Below, piece by piece: positions 12,054 through 22,699 of a stretch of 52,429 nt of DNA (the stretch's first letter is position 1; each line of letters begins with the position of its first letter). Origin of the DNA: Elsinoe ampelina (lineage: Eukaryota). Where the stretch lies: contig ML992501.1 of the NCBI GenBank assembly GCA_010093995.1, positions 1,217,047 through 1,269,475 of the forward strand, given 5' to 3'. The translations under genes were made by a program, and so were the position numbers. Below the pieces are notes generated by a model that saw only the letters and a program-made list of their open reading frames with translations, was not told the DNA's origin and did no database searches.

Positions 12054-12549
12054 GATGAACGTCAAGACACTAACTCAGTGTCAAGTCCGACGTGTGCTCA
12101 ACACTCCGTTGAGGTCAGCTTCCACTGAGTGGAGCAAGACGAGCGAGCAGGAAGGCCGGTTCTGTCTACCGTGTTCAGATCTTCTCACAAGTCGGTGATG
12201 ACCGGCAAGTTTCGAGAGTGTAGAGGTCCTTTCGATGTGAAGATGGTATTGTGGTGTTGAGCTCGAACTTCTTGATTTGCTGCCTTGAGTGCGTCCCAAT
12301 CGGGAAGTCGCTCACTTTCGAGCTCAGAAGCCAACCGACTACAATTGGAGATGAAGGATGCAATGACTGTTGCGACGTACGGTTGGCTGATCATAACTTC
12401 TATGAGAAAGTCAGCTAAAGGGAAGGTAACAGTGTGAGCTCTTTGCGCTGTACTGTGCTTGAGTTGTAAGGTCAGCATTGGAGTCTTAAAGATATCACAA
12501 AAACCATTCACGAACGAGAGGGCATATTGACCTGCTCTTGTATTCAGTC

Positions 12550-15500
12550 TCACGTATTTTGCTCAGTCGTGGTGTTTGCCTCGAGCAATGCTTTCAGGTT
12601 GCCCAATGTCTTTTCCAGCACCTGACATGCACCTTTGCTTATGAGTGATATTCCGTCCCGCTTCTGCATCTCTGTCGGATCACCTGCTCTGCTTCTCCTG
12701 AGCATGTCTTCACCGTATTCGATTACCTTCTTCAGTAACGAACCTCCAGCACTTGTCACGTACGTCTTGCGAATGATATCTTCTAGTCCTTCTAGGCTCA
12801 GATCTTCTTTGGTTGAGAGGACAGAGGAGAGGGCATGCTCCAGGAATCCATGAGATTGGAGTAGTACTCGCTCGTTGTAAGCCACACTCTGTGTGTCGGT
12901 GCCCGGAATGTCTCGTTTGCCCTCGTATCCAGGTTCGTCTGGAGATGTCAGTCAAGCTCTTTCTCAGACAGATTTGACTTACTATAGAATGGCTCGGGCA
13001 CAAGAATCAGGGACTGAACGCTAATCAGCGCTTGCAGTAATGTGCTTTGTCCGGGTATCCAGCCTTCGGTCTCCTGCCCGGGCCAAGTATTGAGCAGACT
13101 GAGACACACGTTCCCATCTTCGTACAAGTTCGGGTTGATTTTGGTGTTTCTTGCAAAGCTGCCGGTGGTCCAATGATGGAAGTGAAATCGAGGTGGCTTC
13201 CTGGGGAAACCCTCTGGTAAGAGAATATCAAATACGAAAGGACACTCAGCGTATGGTGTGCCTGACGGGCCGATGATGAGAGCTCTGAGCAAGTTGCAGT
13301 GACTCTCCCATGATCGCACAAAGATACCTGCAGGCATGGACCCTTCACTGTTCAGTATCGCATGCTCTTTCATCACCTTCCGTAGCGTTTGATTGGCCAG
13401 TGTATCTTTCTCCTCATAGTAGCGATGTCCAACAGGGACGGTGCCATCGAGCAGAGCATATGCCGGGATACTCAATGTGCTTACCTCGACTTGGTTTGCT
13501 AATGTCGCTGTAGAGATGCTCATTTTGTCTCCAGATTCTCCATTCGCTTCATCATCCGTGCTCCAAGCACTGTCGTTGTCCATACTGGAGTCCATTGGCT
13601 GCCCGTCTACCAGGTACTCCACCGTTCCTTGACGGCCGCCCATCATGATCACACCGTCAGTCTTATCATTCTCCTCTTCCGAGTCAAGATCGAGATCCAT
13701 GTCATCTGTCGGATCAAAAATTGGATTACCATCCTCATCATATCCTTCTTGTTGCTCAATGAATTCTTTCTCAGCAACTCGTTCTGGGTCCAGAGCAAGG
13801 CTGATCTGATCGATGGAAGCTCGAACATTACGTGGTTGCTTAGAGAGCCCCAATCGAACTGTGTATGTGGCATCCATATGGTTTTCAATTACATGTCCAA
13901 GCCAGGCGTTAGGATCGGCAGGGCCTGATTCAATGTGGTAAGGCCCTGCAGCGTAAAAGACGCTATCAAGGAAGCCGATGTCGAGCCCGAAAGGAACAAC
14001 CAAGTCGTATATGCTCAAAGCTTCTACATCGTGCGCAAGCTGGCCAAATAGGTAGTCGGGCAAAGCCAAATATTCCTCCTTGGTGTCGAGATGGAGAGTC
14101 GGATTGCTGAACCATCGCACTCGAGCAATGCATTCATCCGCAATGACTGCTTGGACTACGCCGGCCTTTCTGGGAATCTTATGCCTACCGTCGGGGCTGA
14201 GATGAGTCTCCCGGGTGCAGACAATATCGCCTGGGTACAGGTCCTCTTCCGTGAAGTCAGCGTAGATGACATCTATGGCTCGTTCTTGTGTGATTGATCC
14301 GTTCTGCCACTGCACTCGAACCGAAGTCCGACTGTCCACGACTTCGAAGACGTTCATGTCATAGCCGAGATTGGAAGCGCGAGGCTGATCGAAGAGCCTC
14401 GAGCTGTCTGGAACATTGCCGTATTTGCCGCGCGCAGTTTCCACGTTGAGAAAACCAACTCGTGGGCCGCAGATCGCCCCAGTATCAGGATCACATGTGA
14501 ACTCCGTTGCGTTTGTGACCATTGACGGGTGAGCAGTGAAATGCTGCATGTCGTAGAACAAGTACTGTCCTGATTCGATTTCGTCCAGACCAATGACTTC
14601 CTCTGGGAAATCTTCTGGAGCAACAGACGAGATGTCAAGTGTCCTGTTAGATTGCCAGTCTACTGTCATCTCAATAGGACGGATCTCGACAACCACTCCC
14701 AGAGGTTCCGTGTTTGGATCATAGGCACCGAACAGCCAACGACCCAAGCGCAGATCAGACTTCTTGACGGCGACCAGATCACCGTGGTAAAAAGTGCTGT
14801 ATAGAGTCTGTGCTGCGGGCTTTGAGATCCTCACCTCCGGAGAAAGTGTGACGACGGTATTGTTCAACAGTCGCACAGTGACTTCGTCCAAAGTTGACCG
14901 GATGATACCAGCCCAGTCATGATACAAAACAGGATCACCAGTCTGGTGTTCGATCGGGGAACGCAAGTCGTAAAGATCGACACCAGGGATAAGGACAGGT
15001 GGTGATAGTCTTTCTACCCCAGCAACTGATGCTTGATTGACCGGAGCGACTTCATTACGCCCCCCATGTTCCATCCTGCTTGACAATGAGCCTGGGAGAC
15101 CACGACCGTTTCGCGTCGGTGTCTGACGTGCGTAGCCATTGGACTGATTCCCAGCTGCTTTGATCTCTTCCAACGTGTCAAAATGTGCTGGAATAGAAGG
15201 CCCATTGTCGCCGGACCGTATCAAGGAGGTTGTTTGTATGGTGCATTTCGTCTCCGCCTTGAGGACTGTGCCCCGCTGTTGGCCGTCACTAGCTTTGACC
15301 ACGAGATCGCCCACCAGCAATTGTCGATTGAGGAGCCTCAAAGTGCTGGAAGGGACCAATTCGGGGAATCGCTTCGTCTTCCATCGTACCAGAACGGTCT
15401 CAGGAGGAGGATGGAATTCTGATTGCTCCAATATCAGCCTCGCTGAGTGCAGCGCCGGGTGGTAAGTGACTATGGGATCTTCTTCGACGAATGTGGCGGC

Positions 15501-15587
15501 GAATTCATCGGAATCTGCGCTGGTGGCAAGGACATGACCTTTTGATGATGAGATTATGTCTTCGACCAGGTCCCAGACAGAAAACAT
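12550..15587 (-). CDS. UBE2O-like large E2/E3 hybrid ubiquitin-conjugating enzyme, ~997 aa (intron 12939-12982)
   Basis: C-terminal UBC domain: IIGPSGTPY, NPNLYEDGNVCLSLLNTWPG (catalytic Cys), and EPFYNEPGYE after splicing. Large N-terminal region with V.WQ.G motifs typical of the UBE2O family. Confidence 0.88.
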
Positions 15588-16013
15588 CTCGCTCGCATTC
15601 TGATGTGCTTCCAGTGTCGTGTCTTGCCAGGGCGTGGCGATGGTGGCGCCTGTCCCGTTAATAGTTCGAGGGTGAATCGCTCAGGTAGCAGCGATGGCGC
15701 GTGTGGCGAGTAAGTCTAGCTATGATAACGAGAGACTACAAACTCCGATAAGACTGGCGCGCGCTTGCGATTTTTCTGGCTAGGTGACACAAGTTCAAAG
15801 TGGTGGTCGAAGGCAGAAGTGCACGTGGAATTTGGGAAAGCTTCAAATGTTCCATTTGACTTTAGCATCTACTCCTCTCCCTTTCACTCGACATGCACAA
15901 CAACCCGCATGCCACGCGCCCTTGAAGCAGCCTCCGGTCGGGAAAGATAGCGACCTCTTCGTCGAAACCAGACTCGTAATTACGACTGAGATTCTGCGCA
16001 GACACCATTCACA

Positions 16014-17549
16014 ATGGCAGACTCCTTGCACGAGCTCCTCCTCCCCCACTTGACATCAACCACCTCCACCACTGTAGTCACCGATTCGACCAATCCTACT
16101 GTGCGATCCTATCTTGACAGGCTAACGACACTGTCATTGAGCCACCTGACCACCACCGAAGAGGCTTCAATCACACATACCTCGCAAACGAACTTCCGAT
16201 CCTTACAAGCGCTTTCCAAACGATCACATGGCTCCATTACTAGCGCTGCGGACCATCTCAACAATCTGCCGAATCTTTTTGAATCACTCCGTGATCAGAG
16301 CAAATCAATACAGAATTCCATGACAAGTGTAGAAGCATCAATCAACGACTTCGCCCAGAAGTATGAACGAAGCACGGAGAATGAGCTATTGGAAAGGCGG
16401 AAGACCGCGGCTCTCCTCAATCGAAACACTGAAAGAGTTGGAAACATCTTGGAGCTACCTACTTTGCTAGAAAGTACCGTGAATAGCTCTGCATCTTCTA
16501 CCGGAGCGGGTGCGACAGTCTCTGCTGGGGCCGGCTTGTCTGGCTATGCATCTGCGCTCGATATTCACGCACATGTCCGTCGGCTGAAGTCACTCTACCC
16601 GCAATCAGATCTGGTTGCAGGTGTCTCTGACCAAGCAGATTCGGAGATATCAAACATGATCACAGTACTCATTGCGACTTTGCAAAGTCCAGCGCTGAAG
16701 CTAGCTGTAGCTATGAGGACAATTGGGTGGTTACGAAGAGTCGCCCCTGACTTATCGAAGGTCAGTGCTGTGGGAACACCTGGTCAAGGATACGGGCAGA
16801 GCAACATTAGTCTTACGAATGTCAATGATGAAGGCGCACTGGGATCCCTCTTTCTGGTCTGTCGGTTGGCAACCCTGCGTCGAACACTGGAAGCACTTGA
16901 ACCTCTGAGACAACTGGCTGAGCAGGAGAGTACCAGTCGTCAATCTCTCGCAAGACAAAAGACTCCGGAGAGATGGTCCGGCGGCGTCCAGAGCGAAAGA
17001 TATTTGAAGAGGTTCATCGAGATCTTTCGAGAGCAGAGCTTCGCGATCGTCTCTATGTACAGGAGTATTTTCCCCACAGCTCTCCCTGTTCCTGGTTCAA
17101 GTCCTGCCGACAGAAGAGAGACAGGTCTGGATATCAGCAAAGCCAACGGGCAACAACTTCATGAAGCTTCGATATTCGACGCGAGAGCGTCTGCATTGGC
17201 AACCTTCGTCCCGGATCTGGTAGAAATGCTTCTCCATAATCTGCGCCAATTCTTACCCAACGTCTCCGAAAGGTCATCCCGGGACAGCTTATTGTCACAA
17301 GTTCTGTTCTGCGCAGGTTCGCTCGGAAGACTTGGAGCCGACTTCGGTCTATTCCTTGCTCTGCTCGAGGAGGATTTGCAGGATGTTGCAGAATTGGCGG
17401 GCGAGCCGGAGTGGGTGGACGCGATGAAGAAACACAGAGTTCAGGCCAGTCGCTTGGAAGTACTCGCAAGCGGAGTAGGGGCTGGTAGAAAAGGAAGTGC
17501 CCCATCTGTGGATTCCAGACCACAATCGCCTTCACTTGCAGCAAGATGA
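16014..17549 (+). CDS. COG8: Conserved oligomeric Golgi complex subunit 8 (Dor1 family), 511 aa
   Basis: Motifs ILELPTLL, YASALD, MRTIGWLRR, YLKRFIEIFREQSF and LLSQVLFCAGSLGRLGADF. Confidence 0.88.
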   Translation: MADSLHELLLPHLTSTTSTTVVTDSTNPTVRSYLDRLTTLSLSHLTTTEEASITHTSQTNFRSLQALSKRSHGSITSAADHLNNLPNLFESLRDQSKSIQNSMTSVEASINDFAQKYERSTENELLERRKTAALLNRNTERVGNILELPTLLESTVNSSASSTGAGATVSAGAGLSGYASALDIHAHVRRLKSLYPQSDLVAGVSDQADSEISNMITVLIATLQSPALKLAVAMRTIGWLRRVAPDLSKVSAVGTPGQGYGQSNISLTNVNDEGALGSLFLVCRLATLRRTLEALEPLRQLAEQESTSRQSLARQKTPERWSGGVQSERYLKRFIEIFREQSFAIVSMYRSIFPTALPVPGSSPADRRETGLDISKANGQQLHEASIFDARASALATFVPDLVEMLLHNLRQFLPNVSERSSRDSLLSQVLFCAGSLGRLGADFGLFLALLEEDLQDVAELAGEPEWVDAMKKHRVQASRLEVLASGVGAGRKGSAPSVDSRPQSPSLAAR

Positions 17550-17845
17550 CCGATAGCATGAGCAAAAGAGAAGTAGCAGTAGGAAGGACCAAGCATGACA
17601 GAGCCGTGTTCATCGCACCACTGACAAAGGTAAGTCGCGCGAAAGTAGGTCATTGCTCTTTCCTGCAACAATGTCCGTGGCGCCAAGTCGCATCCACCTC
17701 ACCCAATGACGCGGTATGGTCACGAAGAAACATGCGAGGGCGAGGATATCTTTTATCTGCTGATCACCAGTATTGTCCAAATTATTCCTCGGCACACTTG
17801 TATGACACAAGCGTCGGTGTTCAGTCCCGGCGATATTCTGCCGCT

Positions 17846-19766
17846 ATGCATGCGCTTATCAAGTCTGCATTAGTGACCTTGGCTCTACTTCTCCCTGCTG
17901 CAGGAGCACAAATCACTTCGCTCACGCCGCCGCCGCCGTGGGATATCCGCACCGGACCATACTCTTTCAGCGAGTATCACACTACAGACCTGCCTTGCCC
18001 GACAATACGAAGCACTTACGATTGCCCCGCGTGTGCCAATGGGCTCTTCTCGTTCATAACGCCGCGTGGCTATTCAATCTCAAGCCCTTCCGTTGCAATA
18101 TACGATGACCGCAGTCAGCTGGTATGGTTAAAGGAGACCGATGGACAGGCCTACGACTTGAAGGTGCAAGAGGTGGAAGGGCGACAATACCTAACATATT
18201 GGACCGGGGATGATCGAGTGCGTGGACATGGATCTGGAGAATGGGTTGTGCTGGACTCCAGCTACGAAGAACAAGGCAGAATTGGCGCCCTCAATGGTCT
18301 CACAGCCGATCTACACGAATTGGTCATTACTCCAGAAGGCACGGCACTGCTAACAGTGTACGAAGCCCGAAAAGTTCCGTCCCATGCAGTCGAAGAGAAT
18401 GAACGTGAGACTGTTCATATTTGGGATTGCTTGTTCCAGGAAATTGATCCGGTTCGGAACACATTGATCTTCCAGTGGAGAGCATCAGATCATTACAGCA
18501 TCAGCGACACTTTCCATGACCAACTGGATACTGGTACCGCCGACGACCCATTCGATTGGTTTCATATCAACAGTGTTCAGAAAGATGTTCTCGGCAACTA
18601 TCTCATTTCTGCGAGATATACACATTCGATCACTTACATCGAAGGAAAGACTGGCCGAGTGCTGTGGATACTTGGTGGTAAGCGCAATTACTTCAAGGAT
18701 CTCAGCGGCGGTGGTGCGGTAAACTTTGCATAGCAGCACGACGCACGATTGCACAGCCTTGAAGCATTTCCACAAACGATGCACGAGCTTGTTGAGGATC
18801 AATCCATGATGCTACACAAGCGGCAGAAGCAGCTGTTAACCTTATTCGACAATGGTGCGGAGGACTTTGTGCACGACCGGGAGTACTCCCGCGGTATGCT
18901 GCTGGAACTCAGCTATCCCGCGACTCGCGATTCCAGCCTGAATACACAAGAACGAAGTGGCTTGTCCCCAGACAGAGACTACACAGCACGTCTCGTTCGG
19001 ACCTATGTCCATACCGAAAACATATCCAGCAGCAGCCAAGGCTCGATGCAACTCATCGAATCACCCACGCTTGGCGAAGACCCTACGGTTCTGATCGGCT
19101 ATGGCTTCAATGCAGTCTAGACGACCTTTGACGCCAATGGCACCGTCCTCTGTGATTCTCGATTCGCCCCGGACGAAACATGGGAGACAGGTGATGTCCA
19201 GTCCTACCGCACCTTTCAAAATCGATGGATCGGCAGACCGAATACTGATCCTACAATCACGCTCTCTGCGAACTGCAGCGAGGACGCAATCTTTGTCAGC
19301 TGGAACGGTGCAACAGAGGTCAGACAATGGCTACTACAGACATCAATGAACCCTGACGGACAGCACTGGCTTCGTCGGACTTGGCGAGATATCATCTCTG
19401 TGGAGAGGGAAAGCTTCGAAACCAGGATCGACTTCGACGGGAGGATCGTCTTTCAGTGGCTCAGAGTTGTGGCTCTGGACCGCAATGGACATGTCGTCGG
19501 GACTTCGGCGCCATTGGACATCGGGCATGAAAGGGTACAATCCGCTTCTCATCGCTCTGAAGCACGTCGCTGACTTGTCACAGGCTAAGCATCTCCCCAA
19601 GCAAGCTGCTGTCACCGCCATACACACACACAAGCTTTTCATTTTCACGAACATCGTTATTCCTTGTCTTGCGCTCTTGGCCGTCGTCGGATGCTTTCTC
19701 ACTAGCTGCATTCGACTCTTCAAGAGGGGCCAGTACCAGAATGGTCCGTTGCTTAGGGCATACTAA
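17846..19766 (+). CDS. Fungal arylsulfotransferase (ASST)-family protein, ~623 aa if read through; two in-frame TAG codons (18731-18733, 19118-19120); intron 19535-19583. Either an editing-dependent gene or a young pseudogene
   Basis: Signal peptide MHALIKSALVTLALLLPAAGA. Motifs TPRG, YLTYW, DLHEL, FQEID, FHINSV, NYLISAR, WILGG, FA*QHDAR, LFDN, SQGS, GYG, SYR, VSWNGATEV and FET. C-terminal TM helix after a GTACAA..CTGAC..CAG intron. Confidence 0.88.
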
Positions 19767-20121
19767 GGAAACCATGCCATGAATAGGGAGGTTTAATGGG
19801 CGGGAACGAGGCAGAGTACGGCAAGTGTATTCTGCACCAAGTAGGTTACACTTCAGCAGGAGATCACTTGTATTCAATCACGATCATCTGTACCCTCCAT
19901 TTCAACCGCACGCAAGATCCCCAAAGAAGAGCAAAGAAAGACAGAAGCACTCCCATTCGCCAAACAGAGTCTATGTGAATAAGCAGCCCGGAACGCCAAA
20001 CCGTACTCCAACAAGCAGCCCAACTCTTCCCTTACCAGACCCAATCTCCACTCCAGCCAATCCAAGCGTATCCCGGCTTCCCGCCTCAGCTCCAACCTCA
20101 CTCCCCCCTCTCCAGCTCACT

Positions 20122-20715
20122 CTACCTCCTATTAGAGCCCTCACTCCCCGAAGGCGAATTCAAGAACGTGGTCCCTGGCGGCGACGGACTATTCAGGAAA
20201 GTCTGCGGCGGCGACGGCGTCCCATCCGCCAAAAACGTCGGAGGCGGCGTCGTCGACGACCCACCTCCCTGCTGCTGTCCCTGCTGTCCACCTTGTCCCT
20301 GCTGTCCACCTTGTCCTTGCGCTGGGGGCTGACCCGGGAATGGGAACCCGTGGAGTGTGCCCTGCTGGTTGGGCGGCTGCTGGGCGGCGTTCTGCGGCGG
20401 GCGTGGGGGACCGCCGGTGATTTCTTGTACGCTGCTGCCGGAGCCGCCGCCGATTGTGGAGGGGGTTTGGACACCGCTCGAGGTGGATTTTGTGCTGCCT
20501 GAGGTGGTGGCGCCGGGGTCGGATTTGGGAGGGGAGCTGGTGTGGGATGGTGGGTTGCCGAGAGGTGAGATGGGGCCGGTGGGGTTGACGGTGCCGGTTG
20601 GTGGTGGGGATGGGGTGCCGGGTGGGGGCGTTGGTGTGCCGCCGGTGTTCTGGCGGGCTGGGGCGGCGGCGGCAAGGCCGAGGAGGGCAAAGGCTGCGAG
20701 GGTGGTGTACTTCAT
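20122..20715 (-). CDS. Small secreted Pro/Gly/Ser/Thr/Gln-rich protein, 197 aa
   Basis: Signal peptide MKYTTLAAFALLGLAAA, good start context (ATCATG), low-complexity repeats, no Cys. Confidence 0.75.
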   Translation of the reverse strand: MKYTTLAAFALLGLAAAAPARQNTGGTPTPPPGTPSPPPTGTVNPTGPISPLGNPPSHTSSPPKSDPGATTSGSTKSTSSGVQTPSTIGGGSGSSVQEITGGPPRPPQNAAQQPPNQQGTLHGFPFPGQPPAQGQGGQQGQGGQQGQQQGGGSSTTPPPTFLADGTPSPPQTFLNSPSPPGTTFLNSPSGSEGSNRR

Positions 20716-22699
20716 GATCGATGGTTGGGCTGGACTTGTTGTGGTTGTTGTGGTTTGATGGAGTTTGCTGCTTTGTCTGGCTTCTGTATTCCATGGCTAG
20801 AAGATGACTTATATCGTGCTATGATGGTCATGATGTCTGTCAAGTTGAAGTTGACAGCTTCCGACTCGATCATGCTGTTGACAAAGATTCTTCCTGCTAA
20901 TCCCACGATGTGGGAAAACGTAGACTGAGAGGATGAACATTCGTGGAGTATTGGTCGAGTCTGCAAAGCTGTCGTCATCAGGTTCATGCGGCTCCCAGTG
21001 GGTGTCGCTTTCGGCGCTCGGCCTGGGATCCATGATAAAACGGCCACGCAAAGGACGGCCCTGCTCACCAGCACCGCGATACATGGGTACTGCATTACAT
21101 CGGCCTGGCCAATGGGGATAAGGTCCGAGATGGTTCCGCGGGCAGAGCAGCAGAGAATCAGCGTGCAGACGTAATGCACCTCAGGAACGGGCCTGACAGC
21201 ATGGCATTTCGCTGTCCAATCGTTCTTGAAGAAGAGTGGGGGAGGAACGAAACCGTAGGCATAGTCCTAGCCTACATTGACAAAACGAGACATGCCCACC
21301 GACTTACCAGTCTTCGACTCATGATTTGGGGCTCAAGAGATCCGTGCCAGCGGATATCAGTGGACCTGGTCGAAGACCTGAACTGCCTGAAACCTTGAGC
21401 TCCAGTATTCTGGTATATGGCAATACAATCGACGAGAAGTTCCTCATTGTCGAGCTTGTCAAATTTGCGGCCAATTGAACGGCAACGTCGTTGCCTAGAG
21501 CTCAGGAGATTTTGTTGATCGCGTGACCGCAAGATGTATATAGAGCTGATGAAGGAGTTGAGGTCCAGGATGCATCGGCCGTTCCCAATGGGTTGCAAGG
21601 CTGGACACGTCATGATTCCGTCACAGCCTCGGACGACCATCCATAATCTTCGAACATTGTTCTATCCATGGATCACATAAATGACACATTGCAAGCATCC
21701 CATAGTAGTATACAGAATACTAGTCATGAATTCCGCTCCGCATGTTTGAGTCTCACCCGGGAGGCCTGCGCGATTTTATCACGGCGTCTCGCCTGATTGT
21801 ACAACGAGATCCAGTGAGGCGCCAACGAGCTAGGGCCGTGTACAGTATCTCTCATTTACATACACAAGAAATCCAGCTGCAGAGGTGAAACGCCTCTTAA
21901 TCAGCGCAGGCAGGACTCCTCTTCGTAGGCTTGACAGCTTGTCTGGCGAGCTGGATGCTCATCCTGCTATGGCTCCAGCTCCACATCTCCACAGCCGGAA
22001 GACCCGGCAGCTGGCACCCCGGGTACTGAGGGGGGACCTCTTTCCTCTCACTGCCTTGCGGTAGCTGCCGACCGTACGCGATCGTTGGAAGGTCGTGTCA
22101 CGATCGTACTGATCGACCAGTATAGGTTGCTGGCCACGACCGGATCAGTAAGATGGCTTCTGCAGCGAAGGCGGGCAATGCTGGCACTCTATCTTGGCTT
22201 ATTGCTGACAGCAGTATGATCCTGACAGCGGGTGCTCAAATCACAAAAGGACAGCTCCCAGCCTAAGCCAGCAGTCGGGCCGATCACCTGGTATGCGGTC
22301 TGCTGTTGTGGTGGAAGGAAGCGGCATCCGAGATCATGCTTACGGTCTGTTTCAAGGCATTCAATGCAAGCTATCAGCCGCTCCAGTCATTGAGAATTGG
22401 TTCTTCTATCTGTCTTGATTTGCTGCCGGGCTACTTTGATAGGCATACGAACACATTCCAAGATCCACCATAGGAGTTCTGCCACGCGACCAGAGGTTCG
22501 TCGAATGATATGTCAGCTCCACTGGAAGACACAAGCGATGGAAGACGACATCGTTGTTTGTACAGTTGTGATCATTCACGTATCATGATATCTCGATTTA
22601 GCATCTAGAATCTATGTACACCCCTCCAGCGCCAAACAGCGCCAAGATCGCTGCCAACCACCACCCACTCGCCTGTCACCTGTCCAGACCTGACTTTGT

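Noticed and set aside
12081..12553. Short minus-strand ORFs between the UBE2O-like and coiled-coil genes
   Set aside because: Non-ATG starts and no motifs; both flanking genes are complete without them.
17546..17845. ORF-track N-terminal extension of ASST overlapping the COG8 stop
   Set aside because: Not family-like; the signal peptide begins at ATG 17846.
18678..18736. Possible intron (GTAAGC..TAG/CAG) that would remove the first ASST stop
   Set aside because: Lengths of 56 or 59 nt shift the frame, there is no good branch site, and it would delete the conserved GGKRNYF segment.
19088..19120. Possible in-frame 33-nt intron removing the second ASST stop
   Set aside because: Shorter than any intron here, has a poor donor, and would delete the conserved VLIGYG motif.
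17846..19766. ASST as a RIP-killed pseudogene
   Set aside because: Disfavoured but not excluded: composition looks normal, other Trp and Gln codons are intact, there are no indels, and the nearest RIP'd repeat in the window is about 28 kb away.
20800..22690. Searched for a deaminase (OLD/OTT_1508-like), decayed gene or ncRNA between the secreted-protein gene and the zinc-finger TF
   Set aside because: Only short ORFs with no recognisable motifs; treated as intergenic or promoter DNA.
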